The position numbers were made by a program, and so were the translations under genes. 64,000 bases of DNA, from positions 54,746,001 through 54,810,000 of the forward strand of contig OX597814.1 in NCBI GenBank assembly GCA_951406725.2, in the 5' to 3' direction. The notes beneath the pieces are model-generated. The model did no database searches. It saw nothing but the letters and a program-made list of their open reading frames with translations, and had not been told where the DNA came from. How positions within the stretch are numbered: the first letter of the stretch is position 1; the number at the start of each line of letters is the position of its first letter. This document shows, one piece after another, positions 26,190 to 40,173 of this stretch. The DNA is from Octopus vulgaris (taxonomy: Eukaryota).

Positions 26190-29100
26190 CAGACTTAACA
26201 ACTTAACAGAACCATCCGTCCAGTGCAACACGACACTGGATATTATCGGCTTGCCACTCCAGGTGCCGAGCCGCAAACCGATGGACTTGTCTGTTTTAAC
26301 TTTTTCCCCTGACACCACCTCGTATCCTTTGATTGCATCCTCTACACAAAGTAGCTGAGCTACATTGGACACGGTGATGGTGACGTCATCCGCATATGCA
26401 GAAACAGACTCACCACATCCGATTTCATTGGGGATGCCCCCTAAACTCTCCAACCTCCGCAGCAATGGCTCAAGAGTCAGTACATACAGAAGCGGAGACA
26501 GGGGGCATCCTTGACGAGCCGAGCGCTTGATCTCAAACGGCTCCGACAGGTAAGCGTTTATTTAGACTGTGGATTTGATGCCGCCATAAATGGCCTTGAT
26601 CCAACCGCGAAAGTCCGAGCCTAGCCCAATCGCCTCAAGGATTGCCGCCAGGTACTGGTGGTCTAACTTTGGTCTAAATGGATCAATGCCCCACTTTTAC
26701 CGGATACTTTACCCACCCTGTCTAAGGTGTAGCGTAAGAGATGAAGACTGTCCTTGAAGTTTCTCCACGACACGCATCAACCTTTTTGCTAACACCTTAG
26801 CGAAAATCTTTAACTCTACGTTAAGTAGAGTTAAGGGCCTAGAATTACTAATATGATCCTACTTGTGCGGTTTTTTTCTGATCAGCGTCACCACTCTCCG
26901 ACTCATAGATCTGGGAATCCTCCCATTCTATTGTCAGTTTGTGTAGACGCAGGCCAGCAAGTGTACGAACAAGTCCGGCATACTACGATAAAATTCATAG
27001 AGCAGACCATCCAACCCCGGCGACCTGTCTCCTGCGCATTCAGCCAGCACCTCCTCGATCTCCACAGCTGTAATCGGCCCTTCACAACATTCCGCCTCCC
27101 GCGCCGAGAGCCGCGGCCCGCCGGCGAGTAAGTCCTTTAGGGACTCCACTCGAGAATAGTGTGAAAGTCTCCTACTAAAACTAGAGTTTTAAACGTCACC
27201 AGAAAGCTCTCCAGGTCTCGAAAAAACCCCAGCTTGTCTATACTCTTTAGGAGCGTAGACCGCTATCAGCCTGAAGGACTGCTTACTTGTGTGTCACATC
27301 TAGGACGACCAGCCTACCTTCTGGGTCAATAAAGAATGTACTTACCTGTACGTCCAAGCTTTTTCTGAACAATACCACCACGCCCCCGCCTCTACGTCGA
27401 CTTGGAAAAATAAATTTCTGATAGCCATTTAGAAGAGGCGGGAACGCATGTGGCCCATTCAACTTGGACTCAGTCGCAACACATATATCAATTTCAAGTG
27501 ACCTGAGGTCGTCCAGGAGACAAGTTTGCTTCCATCTCGACCCCAGGCCACGAACATTATGTTACACCGTAACTTAATTTCCATAGTAAAAACTAATTGA
27601 ACTTACATTTTAAGTTTGGGGAGGAGCTGCACGAATTCGATAACCTCCCCCTCCTTTTCTTTCTGAGATGTAGTCGCTGGTGTAGCCGCAGGGCTAAACA
27701 CAAGTCTTTTGTTGGCCATCTCTTGACTAACATCTCGTATGTCCTGCAGGTATCTTGCTTTAAATTGTTCAAATTGTTCCACTTCTATCCTTGCCGACCA
27801 TATATTCGGTGGCATGCCTTGTATTGGTCAAAACACATATGCTTTGTGATTCGAAGTTATTATTTTCGCTAGAACATCATTTTTCTCGTTGAACTTAACA
27901 ATTCTTTCTCCTAGTGCTTTTTTAGGGAGGAGATTGGTGGCGGGTTTACTGTGTGTTTGCGTTTTGTGTAGATGATTTCTTTGTCAGGATAGGGGAGTCT
28001 GGGGCTTAGGCTTTTTTCCTTTTATATGAAGTCACTGTGGTAAATTCCATTTCCTCTACGGTATCCTTCTGTTGTGTGTTTTCTACATTTGTGTTGTTTC
28101 TTTCTTCTTCTTTTCCTGTGACGCTTTTTGTGGCGTTTTCTGTGTCGCTTTCCGTCCCTTTTTAAATTATTTTCTTTTTTGGAAGGGACTTCTGCCTTTT
28201 TCAGTTGTTATTTAATTTTCTCGCACTCCGAACGGACGCGCCCTTTTTCTCCACATTTAAAACATCTGGGTCTACGTCTGAAACTCTAGCGCTCAGTCCC
28301 TCCCCTATAAAAATGCCGTCTGGCCTCGATTCAAGTATGTTATTTGGGGCTTGAACTAACATCTCGAGAGTTTGGCCTTTCCAATTTAGAGCCTCTCGCT
28401 TTTTCATTTGGAGTATTGTTATTTCTTCTGCGTCGTAAATTACGGCCGCTGTCATCCATGTTACATCGTAACCAGCTGGTATCTCGTCTATTGTTATTTT
28501 TGCAGTTCTCTAGCCTAGGTAGGTCGGAAGCAACATTATTTCATTACTTTTTAAAGTTTGCATCGATTTTTCTTTTGCTGTTTCAGTATTCTCGAATTGC
28601 GCCTCAACAGAGGCGCTTCTTAGTCCTCGGCCGACATAGGTAATTTTTCTCCATATGGGGGCGAGGCACTTCTCTACCACCTCTTTCTTCATTTCTTTTT
28701 TTTTCTTGTATATTTTGTATACTACCGTTCTGGCAGTTAAGTGTTGTACTATATCCTGTGGTGGCAGAAGTTTTGTTTCATTGCCACTTTTCTTTATAAG
28801 GTTTCGAAACTTAGATAATTGTTCCTTAGACACCTCCAATTCACAGAAATTACTACTGACAGCAGCAGAGAAACTTGGCTTTTCTTTTCTTTCCTGATTA
28901 CCAACTTGGTTACTTTCTTTCATTGCCGGGAAATCTTCCATTGAGAACAGAAAGTCGACATTCGACCACAGATATAATTCCATTTTTACAAATGGCCCCC
29001 GAATTTCAAAAAAGAAGCGTATTTTTCTCAAAAATGACAAAAATTATTTTTTCACCATGCAACGTCACAAAATAGTTTAACAAGTTGTATAAAAAAGAAA

Positions 29101-29285
29101 AAAAAAAACAAACAATTTTCTGCCCCGTAGGGCGAAAATTTCCGTCAAAACGACAACAGTTCAATTCCAACAAATTCTCAAACGTAACAATAAAAAAAAA
29201 TCAACGACAACAAAAATGCATTAACCAAACAAACTCACGAAGCAACAGCAGACGAACGCAGAGGAGTGAAAACCGCCGATTGGCG
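26190..29285 (-). mobile_element. Tx1/L1-clade LINE, internally deleted (ORF1 + APE + RT)
   Basis: ORF1 remnant 28510-29040; APE NVRGLGSRWKQ..DICVATES; RT motifs PGLDG, NFRPLTLLN, RQGCPLSPLLY and YADD. Confidence 0.92.
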
Positions 29286-29563
29286 ATGGGAAGTGGTTCT
29301 CAATGCAAATATATTTACTTTTTCCAGTAACGAAAAGTCACTAATCTCGAAAAAGTGGAAACAAGCAATAATAATGAGCGAGGTATAAACAGTAGCCGCA
29401 CGACATTGTGAAGTATATTGCCACCTAAATGCGGCTAGCCCTTAAAGGTATATTTACATATATATTTATATATATATTTATATTTTTTATACAATAATTA
29501 TTCTTACACTTGTATATATCTTTCTGAAGAATTTTTGTGATATTAATTACCTGATATTATTTC

Positions 29564-29628
<65 letters not shown>

Positions 29629-29798
29629 TTACAAACATATACATATGTATACATACGTATGCATGTATGTATGTATGTGTGCGTATATACAGTCACAGAC
29701 GTATGCTGGGAGATACGCATTACTTTCCTTCTGTTTATACTTTCACCCAGTCGCGCTCTCTTTCTCTCACACTCTCTCACACACATACACACACACGC

Positions 29799-29832
<34 letters not shown>

Positions 29833-30252
29833 TCTCTCTCTCTCTCTCTCTTTCAAACACCCATGCACACACTCAAACACACACAAATGGACTTATTCTT
29901 TCTCCATTTCTGTTTGTCACTTGTGTTATATACATTCTCTACTATTTTATATATAAATACACACATATATTATTTATTCATTTCTTAATATGCTATGGAC
30001 ACACACACTCACACACTCACACACTTTTCTTTCTCTGTTTATGCTCTCAATACATTTTACACGCTTCCTCTTATCATTGTTTCACAATCTCTTTCTCTAT
30101 CTCTCCCTCTCTCCCTTCTGTACTTCTGTACTTCCCCCTGTTTTTGCCTTCCTTCTGTATTTCTCAGCACCTCTCTTACCCTGTATCTTTCCTTTTTTAT
30201 TACAGTTTACCGTCCTTTCCCACACACACGACTTCATAATCTGTCTGCCTTG

Positions 30253-30309
<57 letters not shown>

Positions 30310-31647
30310 CTCTGTCTGTCTGTCTGTCTCTCTCTCTCAGTCCCTTTTGCTATCCCTCGTTCTTCCTGCATTCTTTGTAAGTTCTATTCTCCGCTCTTTT
30401 TCTTCGTGTTCTCTTTCTTATTCTACCTCCCTTCAACAGACCCCCCCAACGCATCCCACGCAGTCCTCCCCATTTCTTCACTTGTTGAAATATCGCGCTA
30501 ACCTTTTCTTCTAGACCCCCAGCTCCCTCCGCCCGTCCTCTCCACATTTCTATCCTCTCCTCCTGCTGCATTTACTCCTCCTTACACGCCTTCTCCTAAT
30601 CCTCTCAGTGCTATTATTCTTTCTATTCGTTTCCACCCACAACTTGCTCACAAGTCTCTGTTAATCACACGCTTCCTCCATCACGTAACAGACCGACACT
30701 GGAACAGATAAAATCAAAGACAGACCGAACTAACAAGGGCGCTTAGAAATAGCAGCTAAATTACCCTTTGATCGCAACCTACTATCTTATTTACATATAT
30801 AAAGATACTTTGAATAATGTAGACCAGGCGCGAGCCACTTGTATCGAGAAGCATGCTGCATAACACATGGCATAACATAAGGCAGGTTACACGAAAAAAC
30901 AAAAAGAAAACAAACAAAAACTAAAAGAACAGTCAAAGTAACTTTTTGTTTGACATGCAATTCAGAAAGTTTTTCGGGTCGCAGTTTGCCCATAATTGAT
31001 GTAGGCCTAGATACACAATGGTAACGGCTGCATGGGTCTACTCGATCAGGTAAACTCGAAAAATCATAATAGATCTATATTATTTGGTTTGGCTGCCAGC
31101 ATTTTAAAAATTGAAGTTTATCAAAAATTTTAAAATTTGGCACATTAATATACTTTTCCAAGCTGAATTGCTGGCGTTATTTCACTTTTTCCAGAAAAAA
31201 TGTTTTTAAGAAGTTATATAGGTTTAAAGTTTGATCATTTTAACTCAGCCAGGAAACAAGATTTGAAAGCTGTTTGTGCGTGACTGCCCAACACATGTTT
31301 TGTAGTTTTAACACATCTTTTGTAGTATCCAAAAACGTTTTTGGGTATAATACCCTTTTCTTGTAGGTTCTAGTTCCGATTGTTACTGTGGAAACAGGCG
31401 CGTGCTTTCTCGCAGACAAAAGAATTCTCATGTTTTGCTTTTTACTATGGAAACAGGCATGAATGTGTCTGTAGCTTACGCTTGGCTAAAATTAACCCAA
31501 AATTTCAAATTCTAATTACTAATAACTCTTTATTGATTTATAGCAGAAATGATTTTCACGTTATTCATCTCTAGATATATAAAACTGATAATGTGTGTCT
31601 GCCTGTCTGTCTCTCTGACTGTCTGTCTGTCTGTCTGTCTGTCTGTA

Positions 31648-31690
<43 letters not shown>

Positions 31691-32229
31691 GTTTCCCTAA
31701 AACTTGAGAACTACACAACCAATTTCATTCAAATTTTACACATGCCTTACTTAGGGTCCATGTAGTTTCATGGGCAAAAAAATGTTTAACTTCTTGCCTA
31801 GGCCGAGCCCATAGCAATATCATATCTTCTCCACTATTTCAGTATCACGTGTTAAAAGTGAAACAAAAACACTTCTCTATTTTATGTCAGATACTTTCAC
31901 TTTAACAATAAAAATTAGAGATAATAATAACAATTGAATTATATGTAGTAAGTAATAATTAAAATCAAACTAAAGTATAATATAATCGAAATATAACAAA
32001 AGTAAAAATAGCAATTGGTATAAAATTGCACCAATGACTTGAACTTGAATAAGTGGTTTCACATAAATGGGAATAAATTAAAAATAAAATTAGTGTGCAG
32101 AAATGGAATAGTCCAGATGGAGCTGTGCACATACCATTTATCACGGCTTTTACATTAGATTATCTGCTAATTAGCTAGCATTAAGTATCTATATGAAGTT
32201 TGGCTGTATGTAATGTCTGTTTTCTCGAA

Positions 32230-33070
32230 CAGCCGCTCTACTGAGTACTGCTATTGGTTTATTTTCTTATACATAAAGGACTATAGCTTCAACTGCGTAC
32301 TTGTTTTTGATTCACCGTAAGGTTTGTTGTTATTATTACTGTTTAACTATTGTTATCACGTTTGTTGGTTCCTCGTAAGGGAAACGTTGTTGTGTTGCAT
32401 TTGTTAAATAATTTTAAACTGTAACCCTCCCCCTTTGGGAGAAGGAGCTTTGGTTATTGTTTAAAAATTGAATTGTGTCCCTGTTTGGGGAAATTGACAA
32501 TATTTTCACCGTTTATACGGAAGCATTTTTGTTATAATGCCTTCGATAGAAGAAAGTCCAAAAATGAATTTCGCTGCGGCCGTCGGCGGGTGGCGAACTC
32601 ATTAAAATTAAAATGGAAGAAATACAAACCTATTTCGGATTGATCACCGACAAAGAGGTGAATCTAGGATAACACCACCAAACGAAATAAAAAATTAAAT
32701 TAAAGAAAAGACTATTATCTATAAAGTATACAATGTAGAGAAAAAAAAGATTTGAACACCTGGAGGAAAACACCATCGAAAAGTGTCTTGGTGCGACTAT
32801 GAAAGATATCTAACCAGAGGCGGTAAATTTGCCACAATAGAAGCAAGGTTCGAGTCAATGGAGCGTGCAAGGGAGTACTCGACTCGAACCTTGGAAAGTG
32901 GAAATATTTTATTTTTACTTTTATATCTGGGACGTAGGACGTCTCGGATAAAAATTTAAAATGTCCCCCCAGAAGAGGTAGGCTGGATTGTAGCCACACT
33001 TCTATACAAGAGGGAGGAAAAGATACAATTGATCGAAATTGCAAGAGACAGGCCTACAATTCCAGTCTGT
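32230..33070 (+). mobile_element. Tx1-like LINE 5'/ORF1 remnant
   Basis: NFAAAV..KTIIYKVY..IEKCLG..RGGKFATIEARFE..LYLGRR is homologous to ORF 28510-29040. Confidence 0.8.
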
Positions 33071-33153
33071 TATATATTTTGAGTATTGTTATCACTAGCG
33101 ATATCAAGATATAACTTTGTATTTTGTATTTTATGTGTAGGTGTATATTTATT

Positions 33154-33588
33154 ACGTAAAGTATACTAGCCATCTCAATATGGCTAACCACTAAGGGTGG
33201 GTGGTAGTGTAGCTTTTAGCCCCAGGAGATCATCGTCTCCAGCTGGCTTTAGGTACACTTTCTGTGCTCTTATGGTATTTGCAAAGGGAGGTCATCCCTC
33301 TCTCGTAAACCTAAGTGATACGCACGGACTGCAGTTTCTAGGTATTTGCCTGTCTTCGGCGTACGGCAATCACCGGTTTTCGATGAAGGGAGACCTGTTT
33401 GCAAATATTTATTTATTGTTTTTCCAGTAACTTCCGTCACTGATTTCGAAAAGCTGTCTGCAAGCAATAATAAATCTCTGAATGAGATGTAAACAGTAAC
33501 TGCTCGACAACGTAAAGTATACTAAGGGCACAGAAAGTATCGAGCAGTTACTGTTTACATCTCGTTCAGAGATTTATTATTGCTTGTA
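33154..33588 (+). mobile_element. Highly structured non-coding element with 15-nt terminal direct repeat and a 3' inverted copy
   Basis: ACGTAAAGTATACTA at 33154 and 33510; inverted repeat 33459-33506 / 33540-33588; several internal hairpins. Confidence 0.6.
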
Positions 33589-33825
33589 TATTTATAGATG
33601 TACATGTAATATGTACACACATATATATACATGCACTAGCACTATGACCCGGCAACGACGGGTCATAATGCTAGTTAGCCTATAAAAGTGTATCATTATA
33701 CTGAGTATGAAATCAATTCGAACAGAATTGATACTGGCAGCCAAACCGAGTAGATCCAGATCAGCAACTACAATGAACAAATTATATAATATCATGCGTA
33801 CACTGTTCTTTTATAATTTTATTCT

Positions 33826-34205
33826 ATTACTTGTTTCACTCATCGGACTATCGCCATACTGGGGCACCGCCTTGAGAGTTTAGACAATCAAATCAGCTCC
33901 AATACTTATTCTAATCTTAACACTTATTTCACCGGTTTCTTTTTGAAACCCAACAACTAAGTTATGGGGACGTAAACACTTTAACACCGACTGTCAAGCA
34001 GTGAGAGACAGGCAGACAAATATATACACACGCATATACAATGGACTTCTACACAGTTTTCGTATAGAAATTCACTCACAAAACATTGATCAATTTGGAC
34101 TTATAGTAGGAAACACTTGCCCAAAGCGCTATGCAGTGGGACTAAGTCTGAAACTAAACTATTCAGTTGCCTGGCGAATTTCTTTACCACATTCCTATGC
34201 TTGTG
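33826..34205 (-). mobile_element. SINE family A, old copy
   Basis: Diverged reverse complement of 18091-18490. Confidence 0.8.
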
Positions 34206-34879
34206 CCTAAGTCTATTAAAAAAAAGTTGGATGATAATGACTTGAACATTTTATCTTATGTCAGCTGGATCAATGCTGACCTGGGGCTAAACAGTATCAC
34301 TACCAACAACAAGGAAGCCTCTACGTGGTCATTGAATATGTTAGAAATATCAGTTAAATGCCCCTAATACCACCATCTTAACATAGTCCTAGATGCTACC
34401 CCTCTCTCCCTCCCTCTCCCTCACACTCATACACACACAAATATACAGACACACATACACACGTACACACATACTAGGCCCCCACATACACAAAGGTGGT
34501 GATATTTACGGATGGAATTCTTTTTATCACGGATCTAGATGGAATTGACTTGGGGTTCAGCAACAACTGCAATAACAACAACAACAACAACATCAGACTC
34601 CCACAAATCATCCTACCAACTTAGGATACTAGTTAACATAGTCCGAAATACGCTGCCTGAAATATAAATCTGGAGGATCATAAGTCTGAAAATTTAAGGC
34701 TCACCTTAAAGAACAACAGATAACAAGAACGAGGCCGGAAACCGTTTCATGATAGTTCAGTGCGTATAGGACTGACCTCGGGCTAAACACCAATATCAAC
34801 AGCACCAGGAACGCTAACGCATTAAAACAAAATGGTCGAGTTGGTATGATTTTGGACTAGCACTAGGATGAAGCAAACA

Positions 34880-36150
34880 TTTTTTTCGTATTTTAAGTTT
34901 TAATATTTCAAATAGATTAGATACGAATAGCGTTTATTCATCACAATATCCCATCATATATTATTGTCCGTAGCCATCGTTTTGCTAGAAGCTCAATTCC
35001 ACGCTTATACTATTTGGCTGGTTTTGAGGCAAAGAACTTTCTGCACCCGTTTTCAATCTCATCCACATTGTCGAACTCCTGTCCATGCAGGAAATGAACA
35101 ATGGCCCGGAAAAGTGGTAATCTCATGGTTAGTAGGCAGTGTGAGCAGCACTTCCAGCTCCTCAAGTTTGCATTTGGTTACATTGGCAGTGTGTACTGGG
35201 GCATTGTCATGCTGTGGGAGTGCGCATCTTCGATCGACCAATGCTGGGTAGCGGGTTTTCAAAGCATCATATACTTGCTGCAGTTGTTGTGCATAAAGGT
35301 TACCGTTCACAGCATGACCATCTGGGACATCCTCAAAGTGCAATATCTTTCCGAAATTCCACCAAACACACAACATGACCTTCTGTCCAAACCACCCTTG
35401 TTTGACAACAGATTCTGAAGCCTGGCCAGAACGAAACCACTGTTTTCTCTTCTTAGGATTACGATAATAGAGCCATTTTTCATCTCTAAAAACGTTCATT
35501 TTGAGGATTACAAAAACAGAACCATTTTTCATCTCCAAAAACGAGCATTTTGAGGATTTGCCAGTATTTGTTTGCAAATGTTCACACTTCGTTGAGCCTG
35601 GTCATTGGTCAGTTCATGAAGAGCATCTCGACAACGTCTGTTCACAAGGACCAGTTTATGGAGGTGTCGATTGATGGTGCTTTGTGAAAGACCAAGTTCT
35701 GCTGATAATGTACGCGCGCGCTTCTGCTTGGCTGTTGTTCAGCTGTTTCACGCAAGCCTCCTATTCCACATCAGGTCTCTTTGATCTTGGTTTGTTTTCG
35801 AGGTTAGTGTCATCGTCTCTGAAACGTTTGAACTAGTTTTGTGCTACATGTTCGTTGACAGTTCCTGGTTCTTCCACCTCATTAATTTCTTTTGCTACTG
35901 TCTCTGCCACTGCACGCAGTCTTTTTTTGCACAGGCTGCGTAAAATGGCTCTAATTGCAATTTTCCGCCACTCATTATCAAAGCTGTAATATAAAGAACA
36001 AACAATTAATGCATATATGTTATATAGGAAAATAACGAATAAACAATTCAGCAAAGTTTGGACAAGTTGTTTTTAATTAATGATATAACATAGAAATACA
36101 AGTTGTCAAAAATCTTCAAAGAAAATCTGAAAAAGCTTTTGACACAATCC
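34880..36150 (-). mobile_element. Mariner transposon, decayed
   Basis: DEKWLYYRNPKKRKQW, KVMLCVWWN and HDNAPVH motifs; N-terminal HTH in ORF 35833-36054. Confidence 0.9.
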
Positions 36151-36664
36151 GCTAACTTATAGATGATAAGTTCGCTTCCAGTTATCGGTTATTTTACATT
36201 TTGGGACGCATTCCTAATCATTCACACATTCATTTAATTGTTCTGTAGTACAAATTCTTCTCTATTCCAGCAGACCTACGATCAAAAGCATTCCAGCTAT
36301 AAGCATCCCATCTCTGCATATCTAGAAGTTCATTGGCTGATGTATCCTGCCTACTTTCTTAAAACAATAGGAGGTAATTTCAAGGAATCTGGTTGCTCTT
36401 TATACTGGTTGGTCGACCGTGTAAAGACTCTTTGGTATATTCTACTCGGCTAAGGCACTATTTCTATACCCCTCAGATCACCTGATTATGTGCCATACGG
36501 AGTAGATTTCTATTAGTTTTTCTCTGTAACAGACTAGCAATTTATCCCAGGAAAACAATTGTCTCACCTTGTTAACAGCAAGACACAACATTTAAGCTCT
36601 GATGTTTATAATCGCCCCTGGAATCATATACGCGTTATTTTACACACGAAAACACACACACACA

Positions 36665-36731
<67 letters not shown>

Positions 36732-36809
36732 ACGTTCATAATATTTACAGTTTTTTTAACTAACATTGAGCTTGCAACAAATTAGATTTTCAGGCCTATC
36801 TTTTATCTT

Positions 36810-37420
36810 TTACTTCTGTTAGTTATTAGATTGTGACCATGTGAGGTATTCGCCTTGAAGAGTTTAAACCGATGGTTCTCAACCATTTTTTACCCCTTTG
36901 ATTCCTATTTTACTCTACTGGACCTCCGTACCCATTCATTTATATATATAATAACAATCATACTGTATTTTTATAATCAAATATTATTAGGAATTGTAAT
37001 AAAAAGTTATTAAAATGTTTTGTGTATTGTAGAAGTATAACCGTTTTATTGCACTTAAATTTTAACAAAATCTTATATGGACCCCCTAGGGTCATATAGA
37101 TCTCAGTTGAGAACCACTGTTTTAAAATGAACAAATCATCCCCAGTACTTATTTTTAAAGCCTGGTGCTTACTCTATCGGTTTCTTTTGCCGAAGTGTTA
37201 AGTTATATGAGCGTAAACAAAGTAAAGCCGGTTGTATGTGTCATTGGGGGACATACACAAACACACAGGCGCGCACACGCATATGTATCTATATATATGA
37301 CGGGCTTCCACATAGTTTGCGTCTACCAAATTCATTCACAAGGTATTGGTTGGCCGAAGACAAGTTGGCAAAAGACAAGTTGCCGCACAGAAACTATGTG
37401 GTTGTAAGTGAACTTGTTAA
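36810..37420 (-). mobile_element. SINE family A copy interrupted by a hAT MITE
   Basis: SINE tail at 36810-36860 and body at 37128-37420. Confidence 0.75.
36870..37119. mobile_element. hAT (Charlie-like) MITE
   Basis: TIRs CGATGGTTCTCAAC / GTTGAGAACCACTG; degenerate 8-bp TSD GTTTAAAC / TTTTAAAA. Confidence 0.75.
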
Positions 37421-38319
37421 CAAAATAAATTTTATTTATCAGTTTAGTTAACTACTTTTATATCGCTATCTCATGTTGCTAATAGGCTTTATTATTTGAT
37501 CAACTCAACCCTGATTCAGTAGATCTATGATTTCAGACATTCTTGTCGTGACCAACACATTTTAGAGATATGCAAGAACATATGATCTAATATGCCCTTT
37601 TTCAAGACGGCGGAGTGTAATTTGAGGTAAATTTGGCTGCCATTTCTAGAAATAAACAAACACCTAGGCGTTCTTCCATTGTTGTTGTTGCTGCTGCTGT
37701 TGTTGTTTAGTCTCAGATCAGCTGTAATCGAGCAAGTCGCTAATCAAAAGAATTCCAATTGTGTCATCCATTCTACTTAAGGATATGTAGAACTACATAT
37801 GATAATACAATCATTGGTTGATATTTAAGACGATAGGGTAGACTTGAATAAAATTTGGTTGCTATTACTAGGAGGTTGAATGACCACTTTGAATGTATCT
37901 CGTCTGCTCATGTTCCTTCGTTGGACTGCAATTTATAATGTTTGTTATGTGGCACTAGCATTTCCTAGAGACGTGAACAACATGTAAATGTATGTCATGA
38001 CACAAGTACTATCAACATGGCACTAATATGATTGCTTCCATCGCCAATCTGGAAAAGGAATGAGGGTTTAATAATAAATGAAATAGCAGGTGACACAATA
38101 GCAGTTGATTCATTCGCCAATGAGCTGAGTCTGTTTCACGCTGTGCCATTAAGAAGAGCATAAATGCTGCCAGCTTTCACTTCGTCTTCTAAAATATATG
38201 GTCTTATGGATTAATCAAAGAAAGCTATTATCATGATGTTAATATTGGTGTTAATTCATTTTCCTTCGTTTGCCAGCTCCCATCAAAGACTTCTTTCATT
38301 CTATATTTTCCCTTCCTTT

Positions 38320-38375
<56 letters not shown>

Positions 38376-38828
38376 GTACTCTCTCTCTCTCTCTCTCTCT
38401 CGCTATCCACCCTTTTTATGTCTTTCACTTTCTATCGCTATCACTCTTTCTCTTTCTTTCAATCTCTGGCCCCCTTACTTCTCCCCTCTCTCTTACTTGC
38501 TCTTCCTCGTCATCTCCTTCTCCTCTTTCGCATTCTTCCATTGTTATACACCACTGTTTACATATCATTGACTAAGTATTAAGTAACGTTTCCTCGAAAT
38601 AACGTTCATACCACCCATTTCTCTTTCATATCTACTGATCTATCCTGCTTTATCCACCAAACCATCTTCCAACTTTCGCTAAAGAGTCCTTTAAACACAT
38701 TTTAAACAGTCCTTTCCACCCTATACACACATTTGTACTTTCTCTCTTTCTCTCCATTGCTCACTTCTGTTCTCCCCATCTCCTGGCCGTACCCTCTTTC
38801 ACTTCCCCTCTCTCCCACGCCTCCGCAT

Positions 38829-38861
<33 letters not shown>

Positions 38862-39607
38862 ATTTGAATCCACTTTGCCACACTTCAAACTTATATAATG
38901 CTACACTGCCAACCATAACACCTCCTACACTATAAATAGCAAACTTTTATTCAACTCGTAACTTCCTTTTGGCAGACAATAAATTGGAGATAAACCGTTA
39001 GCGAGATGAGCATGCCACGAGATTTCTATTTTCTTTTCTTTAAATGACATAGTTTCATATCTATGAACTCATTTATAGTCGATAGGATGGAGCTGGTTGT
39101 GTTCCACCAAGTTTATCTTCCTTAGATATTATATATGATGAGGAATTCTTCAATGACGCTCTAATGCGAGATTGAGTTCAAAGTACAAGAGAAAAAACAA
39201 AACAAAAACAAAACAAAAGAAAACAGGTCCATTGTTTGCAATTTAGTAAATATGGGCCAAATCCCATACTATTAGAAGCTTTAATCAAGTGAAGATAACT
39301 TAGCATAGAGAAACATCTTAATTATACCCTGGTATCGTGAATTGTTGCCTAATTATATCCGACCCAATGAAAGACTCTCTATGTAGTCCATCGATCTGCG
39401 GGAAAAAACAGCTTATGCCATTTCCTGTCACATCCGGACGTCTTTAAAAAGAGGACACATTGGCTAGTAGTGTCTTAGCTTCAATATTTGAGAAAATAAA
39501 GAGAAATGGTCTGGACTAGTATACTTTAATCATTAATTTACTCGATCAGGGCTGACCTGAAGTTAAATAGCAAACAGCAGCAGCAGCAACAATAATAACA
39601 TCAATAG

Positions 39608-39818
39608 TTTCATATTTTGGCACAAGGCTATCAAGTACGTGAGCGGGGGTAAGTTGATTACATCGATTCCAGTACTCAACTGATACTTAGTTTATCGACC
39701 CCGAAAGAATGAAAGACAAAGTTGAACCAGGTGGTATTTGAACTCACAACGTAAAGACGGACAAAAGGCGCTAAGTATTTTGTCCGATGTGCTAACGATT
39801 TTGCCAGTTTGCCACCTT
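39608..39818 (-). mobile_element. SINE family B
   Basis: Same head, core and tail as 10963-11171. Confidence 0.85.
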
Positions 39819-39845
39819 AACAATAATAATGATAATGCTTTCAAA

Positions 39846-40100
39846 TTTATTTAAAGGACACAATACATGTACTTAAGCACTACTAATAGCTTCATATGTT
39901 GAGAAATACTGAAACGTATTCTTCAGGTGCAAACTACATATTGTAGTGAACTAAAATAATTGAATAAGTTTCTTCTATTATTCATTTTTCTTTAGTTCGT
40001 TATGATATGTGGTTTCCGCCTAAAGAATATGTTTGAGTATTTCTCAACATATGAAACTATTAGTGGTGTTTAAATACATGTATTGTTCCCTTTAAATAAA
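39846..40100. ncRNA. 255-bp palindrome with a hammerhead in each arm (39877-39930 minus; 40016-40069 plus)
   Basis: Arm consensus GCAC-CUGAAGA-AUAUGUUUGAG uauuu CUCAACAUAU-GAAA-CUA u UAG-UA-GUGC. Confidence 0.85.
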
Positions 40101-40173
40101 TAATATATATATGTTGGTACAACAGGAAAAATAGTACTCAAAACAGTGTATGTATATTCTTATTAATATTTAG

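Larger units (their letters stand above)
31568..33674 (+). mobile_element. Non-autonomous Helitron with internal inserts
   Basis: A|TC 5' end with TATATAAAA and (GTCT)n; 3' hairpin TATGACCCG..CGGGTCATA followed by CTAG|T. Confidence 0.7.

Noticed and set aside
31013-31500. Transib-like element starting CACAATGG
   Set aside because: No matching right TIR was found.
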